Below are positions 22,675 to 31,914 of a stretch of DNA of 64,000 nt, one piece after another; the stretch's first letter is position 1, and the number at the start of each line of letters is the position of its first letter. Source of the DNA: an uncultured Clostridium sp. (GTDB taxonomy: Bacteria > Bacillota > Clostridia > TANB77 > CAG-508). The stretch is taken from positions 9,416-73,415 of the forward strand of contig CANONT010000001.1 of the NCBI GenBank assembly GCA_947567695.1, written 5' to 3'. The notes beneath the pieces were generated by a model, which saw only the letters and a program-made list of their open reading frames with translations, was not told the origin of the DNA and searched no databases. A program made the position numbers and the translations under genes.

Positions 22675-22749
22675 AACTATTGTTTTTCAAATTTAAATTT
22701 TAAGAAGATGATTTTTCCTGAAATAAAAGAATAAAAACAAACAGAAAAG

Positions 22750-22794
22750 TTTTGAAGATGATTTTTTCCTCTGTCCCCAAAATCATCTTCAAAA
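22750..22794 (-). repeat. GGGACAG-loop hairpin (GAAGATGATTTT stem family)
   Basis: It has a perfect 12-bp stem GAAGATGATTTT/AAAATCATCTTC with loop TTCCTCTGTCCCC. A half-copy lies at 22704-22720. A related copy lies at 58456-58488 on the other strand. Confidence 0.75.
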
Positions 22795-22812
22795 AGAAAA
22801 GGAAGGTAGAAA

Positions 22813-24354
22813 ATGAAAGACAAATTAACAATGCTAATGATATTAGATGGTTTTGGAGATAATGCCAAAGAAGATGGAAACGCCATCAAATTAGCTGAAA
22901 CACCTAATATAGATAAACTAATGAAAAAATATAGCCATACAGAGATTCATACAAGTGGTCTAGCAGTGGGATTACCAGAAGGACAAATGGGGAATTCTGA
23001 AGTTGGACACACCAATATTGGAGCAGGTAGAATTGTATACCAAGAATTAACAAGAATTACAAAATCAATCGAAGATGGTGATTTTTTTACCAATCCAGAA
23101 TTTATAGTTGCCATTGAAAATTGCAAAAAGTACAATTCTAAATTGCATATTTTAGGATTGTTATCAGATGGCGGTGTTCATAGCCATAATAGACATTTAT
23201 ATGGCTTGTTAGAAATGGCAAAAAGAAGAGATTTTGAAGATGTATATGTACATTGTTTCTTAGATGGAAGAGATACGCCACCAGCCTCAGCAGAAAGCTA
23301 TATTATTGAATTACAAGATAAGATGGCAGAAAAAGAAATCGGAAAGATCGCTAGTATAGCAGGAAGATTTTATGCTATGGATCGTGATAAAAGATGGGAA
23401 AGAGTAAAAAAGTGTTATGATGCTTTAGTAGAAGGAGAAGGAAATAAAGCAGGAAATGCAGTAAAAGCGATCGAGGATTCTTATCAAAAAGAAGTATTTG
23501 ACGAATTTGTAGAACCAACTTTAATTTGCAATGGAGAAGAACCAGTGGCAACCATTGGAAAACATGATTCTGTTATTTTCTTTAACTTTAGACCAGATCG
23601 AGCCAGAGAAATTACAAGAGCTATAGTAGATCCAAACTTTGAAGGTTTTGAAAATAAAAAAGGTTTAGATTTATATTATGTATGTTTTACCAATTATGAT
23701 GAGTCTATGCCAAATGTACACATCGCTTTTGAAAAAGAAAGTTTGCAAAATACCTTTGGGGAATATATAAGTCAAAAAGGATATACACAATTACGTATTG
23801 CAGAAACGGAAAAATATGCTCATGTAACTTTCTTCTTTAATGGAGGAGAAGAAAAGCAATATGAAGGAGAAGATAGAATATTGGTACCATCTCCAAAAGT
23901 TGAAACTTATGATTTAAAACCAGAAATGAGTGCCTATGAAGTAACAGAAAAAGTGATAGGGGCGATCAAAAGTAACAAATATGATTGCATTATATTAAAT
24001 TATGCCAATACGGATATGGTGGGACATACAGGAAGCTTAGAAGCAGCTATGAAAGCAGTAGAAGCAGTAGATGAATGTGTCGGAAGAGTAGTAGAGCTAG
24101 TAGAAGAAAAACAAGGGAATATGCTAATCACAGCAGATCATGGTAATGCGGAACAAATGATAGATTATAGCACAGGAGAACCACATACAGCTCATACAAC
24201 CAATCCAGTACCACTTGTATTAGTGACACCAGATGAAACGTTAAAGCTAAAAGCAGATGGAAAATTAGCTGATTTGGCACCAACTATGCTAGATTTAATG
24301 AATCTTGAGAAACCAGAGGAAATGACAGGAAATAGTTTATTAGATAGAGGATAA
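22813..24354 (+). CDS. gpmI: 2,3-bisphosphoglycerate-independent phosphoglycerate mutase
   Basis: Signatures are LMILDGFG, GNSEVGHTNIGAGR and ITADHGNAE. Confidence 0.95.
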   Translation: MKDKLTMLMILDGFGDNAKEDGNAIKLAETPNIDKLMKKYSHTEIHTSGLAVGLPEGQMGNSEVGHTNIGAGRIVYQELTRITKSIEDGDFFTNPEFIVAIENCKKYNSKLHILGLLSDGGVHSHNRHLYGLLEMAKRRDFEDVYVHCFLDGRDTPPASAESYIIELQDKMAEKEIGKIASIAGRFYAMDRDKRWERVKKCYDALVEGEGNKAGNAVKAIEDSYQKEVFDEFVEPTLICNGEEPVATIGKHDSVIFFNFRPDRAREITRAIVDPNFEGFENKKGLDLYYVCFTNYDESMPNVHIAFEKESLQNTFGEYISQKGYTQLRIAETEKYAHVTFFFNGGEEKQYEGEDRILVPSPKVETYDLKPEMSAYEVTEKVIGAIKSNKYDCIILNYANTDMVGHTGSLEAAMKAVEAVDECVGRVVELVEEKQGNMLITADHGNAEQMIDYSTGEPHTAHTTNPVPLVLVTPDETLKLKADGKLADLAPTMLDLMNLEKPEEMTGNSLLDRG

Positions 24355-24376
24355 TAGGTAAAAGGATAAAAGGGAT

Positions 24377-25072
24377 ATGTTGAATCATACAAAAAAAGTA
24401 AAGGAAATATATGAGGATATACAACGAAAGTTATTTTATATGATACCAGAAAAATGGGAAAAATTATATCTATATAGTTCTGTCCTTGATGAACCAGACA
24501 GAGAAGGAAAGACAGGAGAATTATTCTTTTATTACATTCCAAAAGGTATCTTTAAAAAGAAACCAGTTAATGTATATGAAATACCAACTAAATTTAATTT
24601 AGATGAAAATCAATATTTAAGATTGGTTCAAATATTATATGGTAAAATCAAAGACTTGAGACAAGAGTTCCAAAAGTCGGAAACACAAGATATTTGGACT
24701 AATTTAACCATGTCGATTCAAAGTTTAAGGTTTAAAGTGGAGTATGATTATACGGATTTAAATCATAGCGATTTTTCTAGTTATGAAAGACATGTTATTT
24801 GGCGTTATGAGAATCTGGGTATTGGTGAGGAACAAATTAGCAAAGAGGATAAAGATATTTTAAAGCGTTATCATTTGGGAGCAAGAACATTGGCTCGAAA
24901 AGAACATTATGATTCTGGTATTTATATTCGTGATATTGAAAATGTGATTGCTTATAGCAATGAAAATGCTAGTACTCCAGATGTAGAGGAAGTTGTGGAA
25001 ACGACAGAGAAAAAATTGAAAAATCAGCTTTTATTATCAAAAGAAGAAATAGAGAAAATGAAAGATCCATAG
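24377..25072 (+). CDS. YezG-like (DUF600) immunity-type protein with about 80 aa of C-terminal extension
   Basis: The pattern ..IYEDIQRKLFYMIPEKWEKLYLYSSV...GELFFYYIPKG....VYEIP.KFNLDENQY..L...LYGKIKDLRQEF......WTNLTMSI...RFKVEYDYTDL matches the DUF600/YezG architecture as I remember it. Confidence 0.6.
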   Translation: MLNHTKKVKEIYEDIQRKLFYMIPEKWEKLYLYSSVLDEPDREGKTGELFFYYIPKGIFKKKPVNVYEIPTKFNLDENQYLRLVQILYGKIKDLRQEFQKSETQDIWTNLTMSIQSLRFKVEYDYTDLNHSDFSSYERHVIWRYENLGIGEEQISKEDKDILKRYHLGARTLARKEHYDSGIYIRDIENVIAYSNENASTPDVEEVVETTEKKLKNQLLLSKEEIEKMKDP

Positions 25073-25109
25073 TGTTATTAATTTTTTATGTATGTTTGTT
25101 TAATTATTT

Positions 25110-25300
25110 GATGTTAATATATATTATTTTTTACACCTTGTGTGTCGCAACCTATTAAATGAAAGTCTGTGTAGGTTGCTCCAATCGCACTGGCATATGC
25201 TTGTTTTGCTGTCCACTGTTAAAGCTTTGCTTGTTACAGTGGCAGTATGCAGTAGCTGGTCGCTTACGCGGTGTTACAAAATAATATATATTAACATTGA
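25110..25300 (+). mobile_element. MITE-like structured element, family B, copy 1
   Basis: Terminal inverted repeat is TGATGTTAATATATATTATTTT / AAAATAATATATATTAACATTGA. Three core blocks are shared with the reverse complement of 57950-58060. It carries an extra internal hairpin of about 60 nt. Confidence 0.7.
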
Positions 25301-25362
25301 ATAAAAGAGAAAAACGTATATAAAATTGTAAAATAAATGTAGAAATGAAAGGAGCAATTAAA

Positions 25363-26055
25363 ATGATTTATGCAAAAGAGTTAGAAGAAATGTGCTGTGT
25401 AGCAAAAGGAGTAGACCATGGACCAGCACCGATTCCAGAAGAGGGAAAATGGGTAAAAGCAAAAGAAATTAAAGATATTTCAGGTTTGACACATGGTATT
25501 GGATGGTGTGCACCTCAACAAGGAGCATGTAAATTAACTTTAAATGTAAAAGAAGGAATTATTCAAGAAGCATTAATTGAAACAATTGGATGTTCAGGAA
25601 TGACACACTCAGCTGCTATGGCAGGAGAAATTTTGACAGGAAAAACTTTATTAGAAGCTTTAAATACAGATTTAGTATGTGATGCTATTAATACTGCTAT
25701 GAGAGAGTTGTTCTTACAAATTGTATATGGTAGAACACAAACAGCTTTTTCTGAAGGAGGTCTTCCAGTAGGAGCAGGGCTAGAGGATTTAGGAAAAGGA
25801 CATACGAGTCAAGTGGGTACGATTTATTCAAGTTCTTTAAAAGGTCCTAGATATTTGAATTTGGCAGAAGGATACATAGTTGAAATTGGTTTAGATCAAA
25901 ATGACCAAATTATTGGGTATAAATATGTTCATTTAGGTAAAATGATGGATTATATTAAGGCTGGCATGGAACCAACGGAAGCGATTGAAAAGGCTTCTGG
26001 TACGTATGGAAGGTTTGATGAGGCTGTGAAAAAGATTGACCCAAGGGAAAACTAA
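25363..26055 (+). CDS. NifU/IscU-like Fe-S scaffold-domain protein (partner of the GGGtGRT protein)
   Basis: IscU-like Cys motifs are present (GWCAPQQGACKL..., IGCSGMTHSAAMAGEIL.GKT). RBS AAGGAG lies 8 nt before the ATG at 25363. Confidence 0.65.
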   Translation: MIYAKELEEMCCVAKGVDHGPAPIPEEGKWVKAKEIKDISGLTHGIGWCAPQQGACKLTLNVKEGIIQEALIETIGCSGMTHSAAMAGEILTGKTLLEALNTDLVCDAINTAMRELFLQIVYGRTQTAFSEGGLPVGAGLEDLGKGHTSQVGTIYSSSLKGPRYLNLAEGYIVEIGLDQNDQIIGYKYVHLGKMMDYIKAGMEPTEAIEKASGTYGRFDEAVKKIDPREN

Positions 26056-26085
26056 TTAAAATCAGCAAACTTCATAAAAATTTTT

Positions 26086-26421
26086 TTGATGTACAAATAT
26101 ATGGGGGAAAATAAAGTGAAATTTGGGTTAGATGAAAAAGTGATAGAAGACATAGTAAATATTTTAAAAAGATATAAAGAAGTGGAAAGAGCAAGGATAT
26201 TTGGTTCACGAGCAAGAGGGGATTATCGAAAAGCATCTGATATAGATATTGCTTTATTTGGCGAAAATTTAACATCTTCTATTAATACAAAGATATTTTT
26301 TGACATAGATGATTTATATTTACCCTATAAAATAGATTTAATTAATTTTAATAGCATAAATCCAGAGGATACAATAAGAGACAATATAGTAAGAGAAGGA
26401 GTTGAATTTTATGCCAAATAA
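26086..26421 (+). CDS. Nucleotidyltransferase (MNT-type antitoxin). The start is uncertain (ATG 26101 or GTG 26116 are also possible).
   Basis: The Pol-beta NTase motif is RIFGSRARGDYRKASDIDIALFG. It overlaps the downstream HEPN gene by 11 nt. Confidence 0.75.
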   Translation: MMYKYMGENKVKFGLDEKVIEDIVNILKRYKEVERARIFGSRARGDYRKASDIDIALFGENLTSSINTKIFFDIDDLYLPYKIDLINFNSINPEDTIRDNIVREGVEFYAK

Positions 26422-26818
26422 TATAGTGGAAAGTTATAAAACCTTCAAAAAAGCATATTTAAAACTAAAAGAATTTGTAGAAACTGATAATGGAAGCGAA
26501 AAAGACAGAAGTGCTATTATTAATGCCTATCAATATACATTTGAACTTTTGTGGAAAATATTGCAAAAATATATGCAACAATTAGAAATGTTGGATGAAC
26601 TAGGACCAGGAAATGTTATTAGAACGGCTTTTCAATATAACATCATTGATAACGGTTCCATCTATATGTCCATGTTGAAAAATAGAAACTTGATAACGCA
26701 TACTTATAAAGAAGATGTGGCAGAAGAAATTTATACACGAATTAAAGAAGAATATATAGAAGAACTAGAGAACTTTATAAAAAATTTTGATAATAGAATA
26801 TTAAAAGGCGAATCCTAA
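26411..26818 (+). CDS. HEPN-domain protein, HI0074 (nucleotidyltransferase substrate-binding) family toxin
   Basis: The R-x4-H motif is RNLITHTY. The sequence YQYTFELLWKILQKY is typical of HI0074-family proteins. Confidence 0.8.
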   Translation: MPNNIVESYKTFKKAYLKLKEFVETDNGSEKDRSAIINAYQYTFELLWKILQKYMQQLEMLDELGPGNVIRTAFQYNIIDNGSIYMSMLKNRNLITHTYKEDVAEEIYTRIKEEYIEELENFIKNFDNRILKGES

Positions 26819-26853
26819 ATTTGCTAGAATATATAAAATAAGGAGGAATAGAA

Positions 26854-27858
26854 ATGGCAGTAACATTTGAAAGTTATGAAAGAAGAATCGACCAAATCAA
26901 ACCAGTCATGGAAAAATACGGAATCAAAGATTTTGAAAATGCATTAGAGATATGCAAAGAAAAAGGATTTAATCCTTATGAAATTGTAAAAGGAGTACAA
27001 CCAATTTGTTTTGAAAATGCGGCTTGGGCGTATACTTTAGGGGCAGCAATTGCAATCAAAAAGGGATGCACGAAAGCAGCAGATGCAGCAAAAGCAATTG
27101 GAGAAGGATTACAAGCATTTTGTATACCAGGATCTGTTGCAGATGACAGAAAAGTTGGGTTAGGACATGGAAACTTGGCTTCTATGCTATTATCAGAAGA
27201 TACCAAATGTTTTGCTTTTTTAGCAGGACATGAGTCTTTTGCAGCAGCAGAAGGAGCAATTGGAATTGCAAAATCAGCAAATAAAGTTAGAAAAGAACCA
27301 TTAAGAGTTATTTTAAATGGACTTGGAAAAGATGCAGCACAAGTGATTTCAAGAATTAATGGATTTACTTATGTAAAAACAGATTTTGATTTCTTCACAG
27401 GAAAAGTAAAAGTTGTGGAAGAAATTGCATATTCTGATGGAGAAAGAAGCAAAGTTAGATGTTATGGAGCAAATGATGTTAGAGAAGGTGTAGCGATTAT
27501 GTGGATGGAAGATGTTGATGTTTCAATCACAGGAAACTCAACAAACCCAACAAGATTTCAACATCCAGTTGCAGGTACATACAAAAAAGAAAGATTAGCC
27601 GAAAATAGAAAATACTTCTCAGTTGCATCAGGTGGGGGAACAGGAAGAACACTTCACCCAGACAACATGGCAGCTGGACCAGCTTCTTATGGAATGACAG
27701 ATACCATGGGAAGAATGCACTCAGATGCACAATTTGCGGGTTCATCATCTGTACCAGCACACGTTGAAATGATGGGACTAATTGGAATGGGTAATAACCC
27801 AATGGTTGGTGCATCAGTTGCTGTTGCTGTAGCTGTTGAAGAAGCCTTAAGCCGTTAG
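26854..27858 (+). CDS. GGGtGRT-family protein (conserved, function unknown)
   Basis: It contains the eponymous motif SGGGTGRTLHPDNMAAGPASYGMTDTMGRMH. Confidence 0.8.
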   Translation: MAVTFESYERRIDQIKPVMEKYGIKDFENALEICKEKGFNPYEIVKGVQPICFENAAWAYTLGAAIAIKKGCTKAADAAKAIGEGLQAFCIPGSVADDRKVGLGHGNLASMLLSEDTKCFAFLAGHESFAAAEGAIGIAKSANKVRKEPLRVILNGLGKDAAQVISRINGFTYVKTDFDFFTGKVKVVEEIAYSDGERSKVRCYGANDVREGVAIMWMEDVDVSITGNSTNPTRFQHPVAGTYKKERLAENRKYFSVASGGGTGRTLHPDNMAAGPASYGMTDTMGRMHSDAQFAGSSSVPAHVEMMGLIGMGNNPMVGASVAVAVAVEEALSR

Positions 27859-27927
27859 GTTATATGAACACAAAGTGCGAATGTAACATTATGGATTAGG
27901 TTTACGTTAGCTAGCTATGAAATAAAA

Positions 27928-27959
27928 TGAGACAAGGGGGACAGGTTTCATTTGTCTCA
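27928..27959 (+). repeat. GGGACAG-loop hairpin (TGAGACAA stem family)
   Basis: TGAGACAA/TTGTCTCA stem with loop GGGGGACAGGTTTCAT. Confidence 0.75.
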
Positions 27960-28117
27960 AAAATTCGGTCGAAAAATGTCAAATACAAGAGTTGTTTTAT
28001 CACTTTTGTATTTGGCATTTTTTGAATAGAAAAAACCGATTTTTGTATAGAAATAATTGTAAAATTTTTCCATATGACATATAATTGTACTATCTTAACA
28101 GAAAGGAGGTTAATGAC

Positions 28118-28363
28118 ATGAACGTTCCAGATGACGTTTGGGAGAAAGTGAGTAAATTGCTAGACTTAGGAATTTCACTTATCCCAGTGATAGGAATAAT
28201 AGGATTAGTGATCATAATTGCTTCTATAGTAATTTTTGTTAAGGTTACGAAATTCATTATGAGACATTTCGATCAAAAAGAAAAAGAGTTTGATCGGAAG
28301 CACCAAAAGCATAAGGAACAAATGGAATTATTTAAGGGAAAGCATTTTCCAAAAGATGATTAA
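28118..28363 (+). CDS. Small single-pass membrane protein. It contains the only in-frame CGG that is not obviously at a frame break.
   Basis: RBS GGAGG lies 8 nt before the ATG at 28118. The TM helix is LIPVIGIIGLVIIIASIVIFV. An alternative +1 C-terminus would end at 28394. Confidence 0.5.
   Translation: MNVPDDVWEKVSKLLDLGISLIPVIGIIGLVIIIASIVIFVKVTKFIMRHFDQKEKEFDRKHQKHKEQMELFKGKHFPKDD
28295..28297 (+). other. In-frame CGG (GAT-CGG-AAG) with both the 0 and +1 frames open downstream
   Basis: The 0 frame gives RKHQKHKEQMELFKGKHFPKDD*. The +1 frame gives GSTKSIRNKWNYLRESIFQKMINFLEKRLIFS*. Confidence 0.5.
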
Positions 28364-28396
28364 CTTCCTTGAAAAGAGGTTAATCTTTTCTTAGCA

Positions 28397-28427
28397 AAGG
28401 GGCACTCTATAGGGAGTGCTTCTTTTG
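28397..28427 (+). terminator. Rho-independent terminator
   Basis: GGCACTC/GAGTGCT stem is followed by TCTTTTG. Confidence 0.5.
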
Positions 28428-28525
28428 CGTGCATCATAGTTTACATTATTTATGTATCGTTTATTGTAATATCAATACAATTATGATATACTTGAAAAAA
28501 TAAAAGATAAATGGTGGGAAATCAA

Positions 28526-29188
28526 ATGAAAACGATAATATTAACAGGAGCAAGTGATGGACTAGGAAAAAAATTTGCACAAATATGCTTAAAAAGTAAT
28601 ATAAAAATAGTAGCTCTTTGTAGAACCAGACCAGATTATGAATGTGAATGGATTAAAGTAGATTTAGCAGATGAAAAATCGATAACCAATGCATGTAATA
28701 CGATAAAAGAAAGATATAAAAAATTTGATGCATTGATTCATTGTGCAGGAGTGCTAGGAGTTCAGAAATTAGAGGAAATTACTTATGATTGTTTAGATAA
28801 TGTCATGAAAATAAATAGTATGGCTCCTATGTTCATGACCTCACAATTAATTGGTTTAATCAAGGAAAATGAAGCAGATATCATCAATGTTGGTTCAACA
28901 AGCGGAACCAAACAAGGATATCCAGATCAATTTGCTTATACAACATCTAAATGGGCTTTAAGAGGAACAAGTTACAATTTACAATTAGAATTAAAGAAAT
29001 ATAAAAGTCGTGTCATTGAACTAAATGTTGGCGGTATGAACACAAGATTACATGAAAAGTCTACAGGTAAAAAAATAGAAAATCCAGAAGAATGGATGAA
29101 TCCAAAAGATATTGCTGACTTAATGCTGTATATCTTGAATTTGCCGAAAAATATAGAAGTTAGCGAAATAACGATTAATAGAAAATAG
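28526..29188 (+). CDS. Short-chain dehydrogenase/reductase (SDR)
   Basis: The TGASDGLG cofactor motif and the catalytic Y..SK (YTTSKWAL) are present. Confidence 0.8.
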   Translation: MKTIILTGASDGLGKKFAQICLKSNIKIVALCRTRPDYECEWIKVDLADEKSITNACNTIKERYKKFDALIHCAGVLGVQKLEEITYDCLDNVMKINSMAPMFMTSQLIGLIKENEADIINVGSTSGTKQGYPDQFAYTTSKWALRGTSYNLQLELKKYKSRVIELNVGGMNTRLHEKSTGKKIENPEEWMNPKDIADLMLYILNLPKNIEVSEITINRK

Positions 29189-29204
29189 AGAAAGAAGGTA
29201 AAAA

Positions 29205-29970
29205 ATGAAAGTTACATTAGTTCAAATGGATTCTACTAAAACAAGAGAGGAAAATGAGCAAAAAGCATTCCATTTTATGAAACAAGCAGTGCTAGCAAAA
29301 ACAGATATTATTTGCTTATCAGAATCATTTGTCTATTGGGGAAAAGAATATGAGAAAAGATGTTGTACCCTGAAAGATATAGAGAAATACCAAAATTTTG
29401 CTAAAGAGAATAACGTAAATCTTATACTGGGAAGTGTTAATTTATTAGATGAAAATTCCAATAAAACAACCAATACATGCTTTGTTATCAATAGAGAAGG
29501 AAATATCGTTCATAGATATGATAAAAAATATATGTATCAAGTAAATAAAGAAAATTTGGTGGTAGATGAAAGGCAAAGGACAATTCCACGGAAAGATAAA
29601 TGGATTATTTGAATTAGATGGTGTAAAAATGGGAGTAGGGATTTGTTTTGATTTAAGATATCCTGAATATTTTAGAGAACTGATAAGAGAAGGAGCAGAA
29701 GTCATATTTTTACCATCTCATTTTAGAAAAGCAACAGGACAAATTGCTTGGAATGTATTAACAAGAGCTAGAGCAATTGAAAATCAAGTGTATTTTTGTG
29801 CTTGTAATCAAACAGGAGAAGGAAATTGCGGTAATACGCAGGTGTTTTCTTATGATGGAAAAATAATATCCAATATCGAAATGGACGAAGGTATTATTAC
29901 AACGGAACTTAATTTAGAGGAACAAAGAGAACACAGAAAAGAGTTTCCCGTATTGGAGCAGATGAAATAA
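29205..29970 (+). CDS. Carbon-nitrogen hydrolase (nitrilase superfamily). It is intact only with a +1 shift at in-frame CGG 29589 (segments 29205-29588, 29590-29970).
   Basis: It has the catalytic Glu region (CLSESF), then ...RTIP|GKINGLFELDGVKMGVGICFDLRYPE (catalytic Cys) across the break. There is no other lesion. Confidence 0.7.
29589..29591 (+). other. In-frame CGG at a +1 frame transition (CCA-C-GGA)
   Basis: The 0 frame stops 7 codons later. The +1 frame carries the conserved catalytic-Cys segment. Confidence 0.8.
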
Positions 29971-29995
29971 AATTTAGTAAAAGAGGAAGAAAGTA

Positions 29996-30853
29996 ATGGA
30001 ATTATTAAATAACTGGTTATTATATGTAATCTTATATTTAATAGTAAAAACAGTTTTTATACAATTTTATAAAATGGCCACAAAGAAAATACAAAAAACA
30101 GGAGCTTTGACAGTATTGTTAGACATGATAGGAGGTTTAACAGCATTAGTTCTATGTCCATTTTTTGAAATTACATTTCCAACAGATATTAGAATTTATA
30201 TCATACTTGGAATTTCTATCATTTGTTATACCATAAAAGATCGATTAGATACGAAAGTATTAAGTGGAATAGAAGCTTCTACTTTTAACATACTTCAGCA
30301 ACTATCTACTACTTTTATGATATTTGTGGGATTAATCTTTTTTAAAGAAGAATTCATTTTAGCAAAGTTTATTGGTGCTATGTTAATCATAGTTAGTAAT
30401 ATATTGGTTTTTTATAAAAAAGGAAAATTGGAATTTAATAAATATGTATTATTAGGGATCATAGCAAATTTAATATATACAGTTGCTTTATTTTTGGATG
30501 TTAATATATCAGAACATTTCAATTTATTAATGTATGCTTCAATAACTTTAACAATACCAGCTATCTTGATAATGATTTTTGAAAGAATTAAACTATCCGA
30601 AATAAAAAACGAGTTTGTAAATGGAAATGGAAAAGCAATATTAGTGACGGCGATAACTTCTCCATTAACTATTATTACATCGTTAAAAGCATATCAATTG
30701 GGAAATGTAACGATTGTTGCTCCCTTATGTGCCTTGTCAGTCATGCTAAATGTTATGGTAGGCTATTTGTTTTTAAAGGAAAAAGATAATTTATTAAGAA
30801 AAATTATTTCAGCTATTTTGATTATTATTAGTATTATATTGATTAAAATTTAG
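29996..30853 (+). CDS. EamA/DMT-family transporter
   Basis: It has about 10 predicted TM helices over 285 aa, with duplicated EamA-like halves. Confidence 0.65.
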   Translation: MELLNNWLLYVILYLIVKTVFIQFYKMATKKIQKTGALTVLLDMIGGLTALVLCPFFEITFPTDIRIYIILGISIICYTIKDRLDTKVLSGIEASTFNILQQLSTTFMIFVGLIFFKEEFILAKFIGAMLIIVSNILVFYKKGKLEFNKYVLLGIIANLIYTVALFLDVNISEHFNLLMYASITLTIPAILIMIFERIKLSEIKNEFVNGNGKAILVTAITSPLTIITSLKAYQLGNVTIVAPLCALSVMLNVMVGYLFLKEKDNLLRKIISAILIIISIILIKI

Positions 30854-30866
30854 TAGAGGAGAAGGT

Positions 30867-31850
30867 ATGGAAGTAGAAGAACAGACTAGAAAATTAAAAG
30901 AAATGATAAATAGTTATAAATTAACTTATTTAATTATTTCAGCAAATGAGATAGGCATATGGGACTGTTTAAGTGACCAAAGTAAAGATTTATTACAAAT
31001 AGCAAAAGACTTAACATTAGAAGCAAGTAGATTAGAACCAATTTTGAATGCCTTAACCAGTTATAAAATAATAAGCAAGAATAAAAAAGGATATTATTTA
31101 GATGAATACGATAAAGTTTTAAACAAAAATTCAGAATACAATCAACTAGGCTATATTAACTTTGCACAAACAATTATGGCAAAATATCAAAATTTAGCAG
31201 AAGCAGTAAAAGACAAAGAATTTGCGACTAAACAGTTTAAAGAATTAACAGAAAAAGAGGCAGAAAGTTTTATGCGAGGAATGGAAGCAAATGCTATACC
31301 ACAAGCGGAATTTATTGCTAATACTTATGATTTTGAAAATCACAAAATATTAGACGTGGGAGCAGGGGCAGGAACTTATTTAATAACAGTGGCGAAAAAA
31401 TATAAAACTGTTACAGGAAAAATGATTGATTTACCCCAAATGGTAAAGCTTCAAAATAAGAAAATAGAAAAAGAGAAATTGGAAGCACAAATTATATCCG
31501 AAGAATGTAATTATAATGAGAGATTTCCAAGAGAAAAACAGGATGATGTATTTTTGTTTGCAGTGGTTCATCAAGAGTCAAAAGAAAATTTAAATAAATT
31601 GTTAAAGAATATTTATAGTGTACTAAATCCAGAAGGAAGATTATTTTTAACAAGTTTCTTTTTAAATGAAGATAAAATCAGTCCAGAATTTTCTGTACAG
31701 TTTGCAGTTGAAATGCTGATGAATTCTAATAATGGAAGGGTATATACACATAGTGAAATACAAGATTTAATGGTTCAAAATAAATTTAAAGAGATAAAAA
31801 GGATAGATGATATACCAAGTCCAGCAACGTTATATATTGCTAAAAAATAA
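30867..31850 (+). CDS. SAM-dependent O-methyltransferase (family 2-like, N-terminal winged-helix dimerisation domain)
   Basis: The SAM motif is ILDVGAGAGTYL, and the length and architecture are typical. Confidence 0.7.
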   Translation: MEVEEQTRKLKEMINSYKLTYLIISANEIGIWDCLSDQSKDLLQIAKDLTLEASRLEPILNALTSYKIISKNKKGYYLDEYDKVLNKNSEYNQLGYINFAQTIMAKYQNLAEAVKDKEFATKQFKELTEKEAESFMRGMEANAIPQAEFIANTYDFENHKILDVGAGAGTYLITVAKKYKTVTGKMIDLPQMVKLQNKKIEKEKLEAQIISEECNYNERFPREKQDDVFLFAVVHQESKENLNKLLKNIYSVLNPEGRLFLTSFFLNEDKISPEFSVQFAVEMLMNSNNGRVYTHSEIQDLMVQNKFKEIKRIDDIPSPATLYIAKK

Positions 31851-31914
31851 AGGAAAATTGAAAAATGGAGATTTGATAGATAATCTTCAAAGAATTAAGA
31901 TAGGAGAGAAAAAA

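Noticed and set aside
24355-25344. An enolase gene expected after gpmI.
   Set aside because: No eno-like ORF exists here. The interval holds the YezG-like ORF and a family-B repeat, so eno must lie elsewhere.
28291-28303. GATCGGAAG at the 28295 CGG site (and TCGGAAGA at 8176) resembles the start of an Illumina adapter.
   Set aside because: Only 8-9 nt match, and the downstream bases diverge from the adapter. Both lie inside continuous coding sequence, and the 8178 GGA AGA ACA CAA GAA encodes the conserved GRTQE motif.
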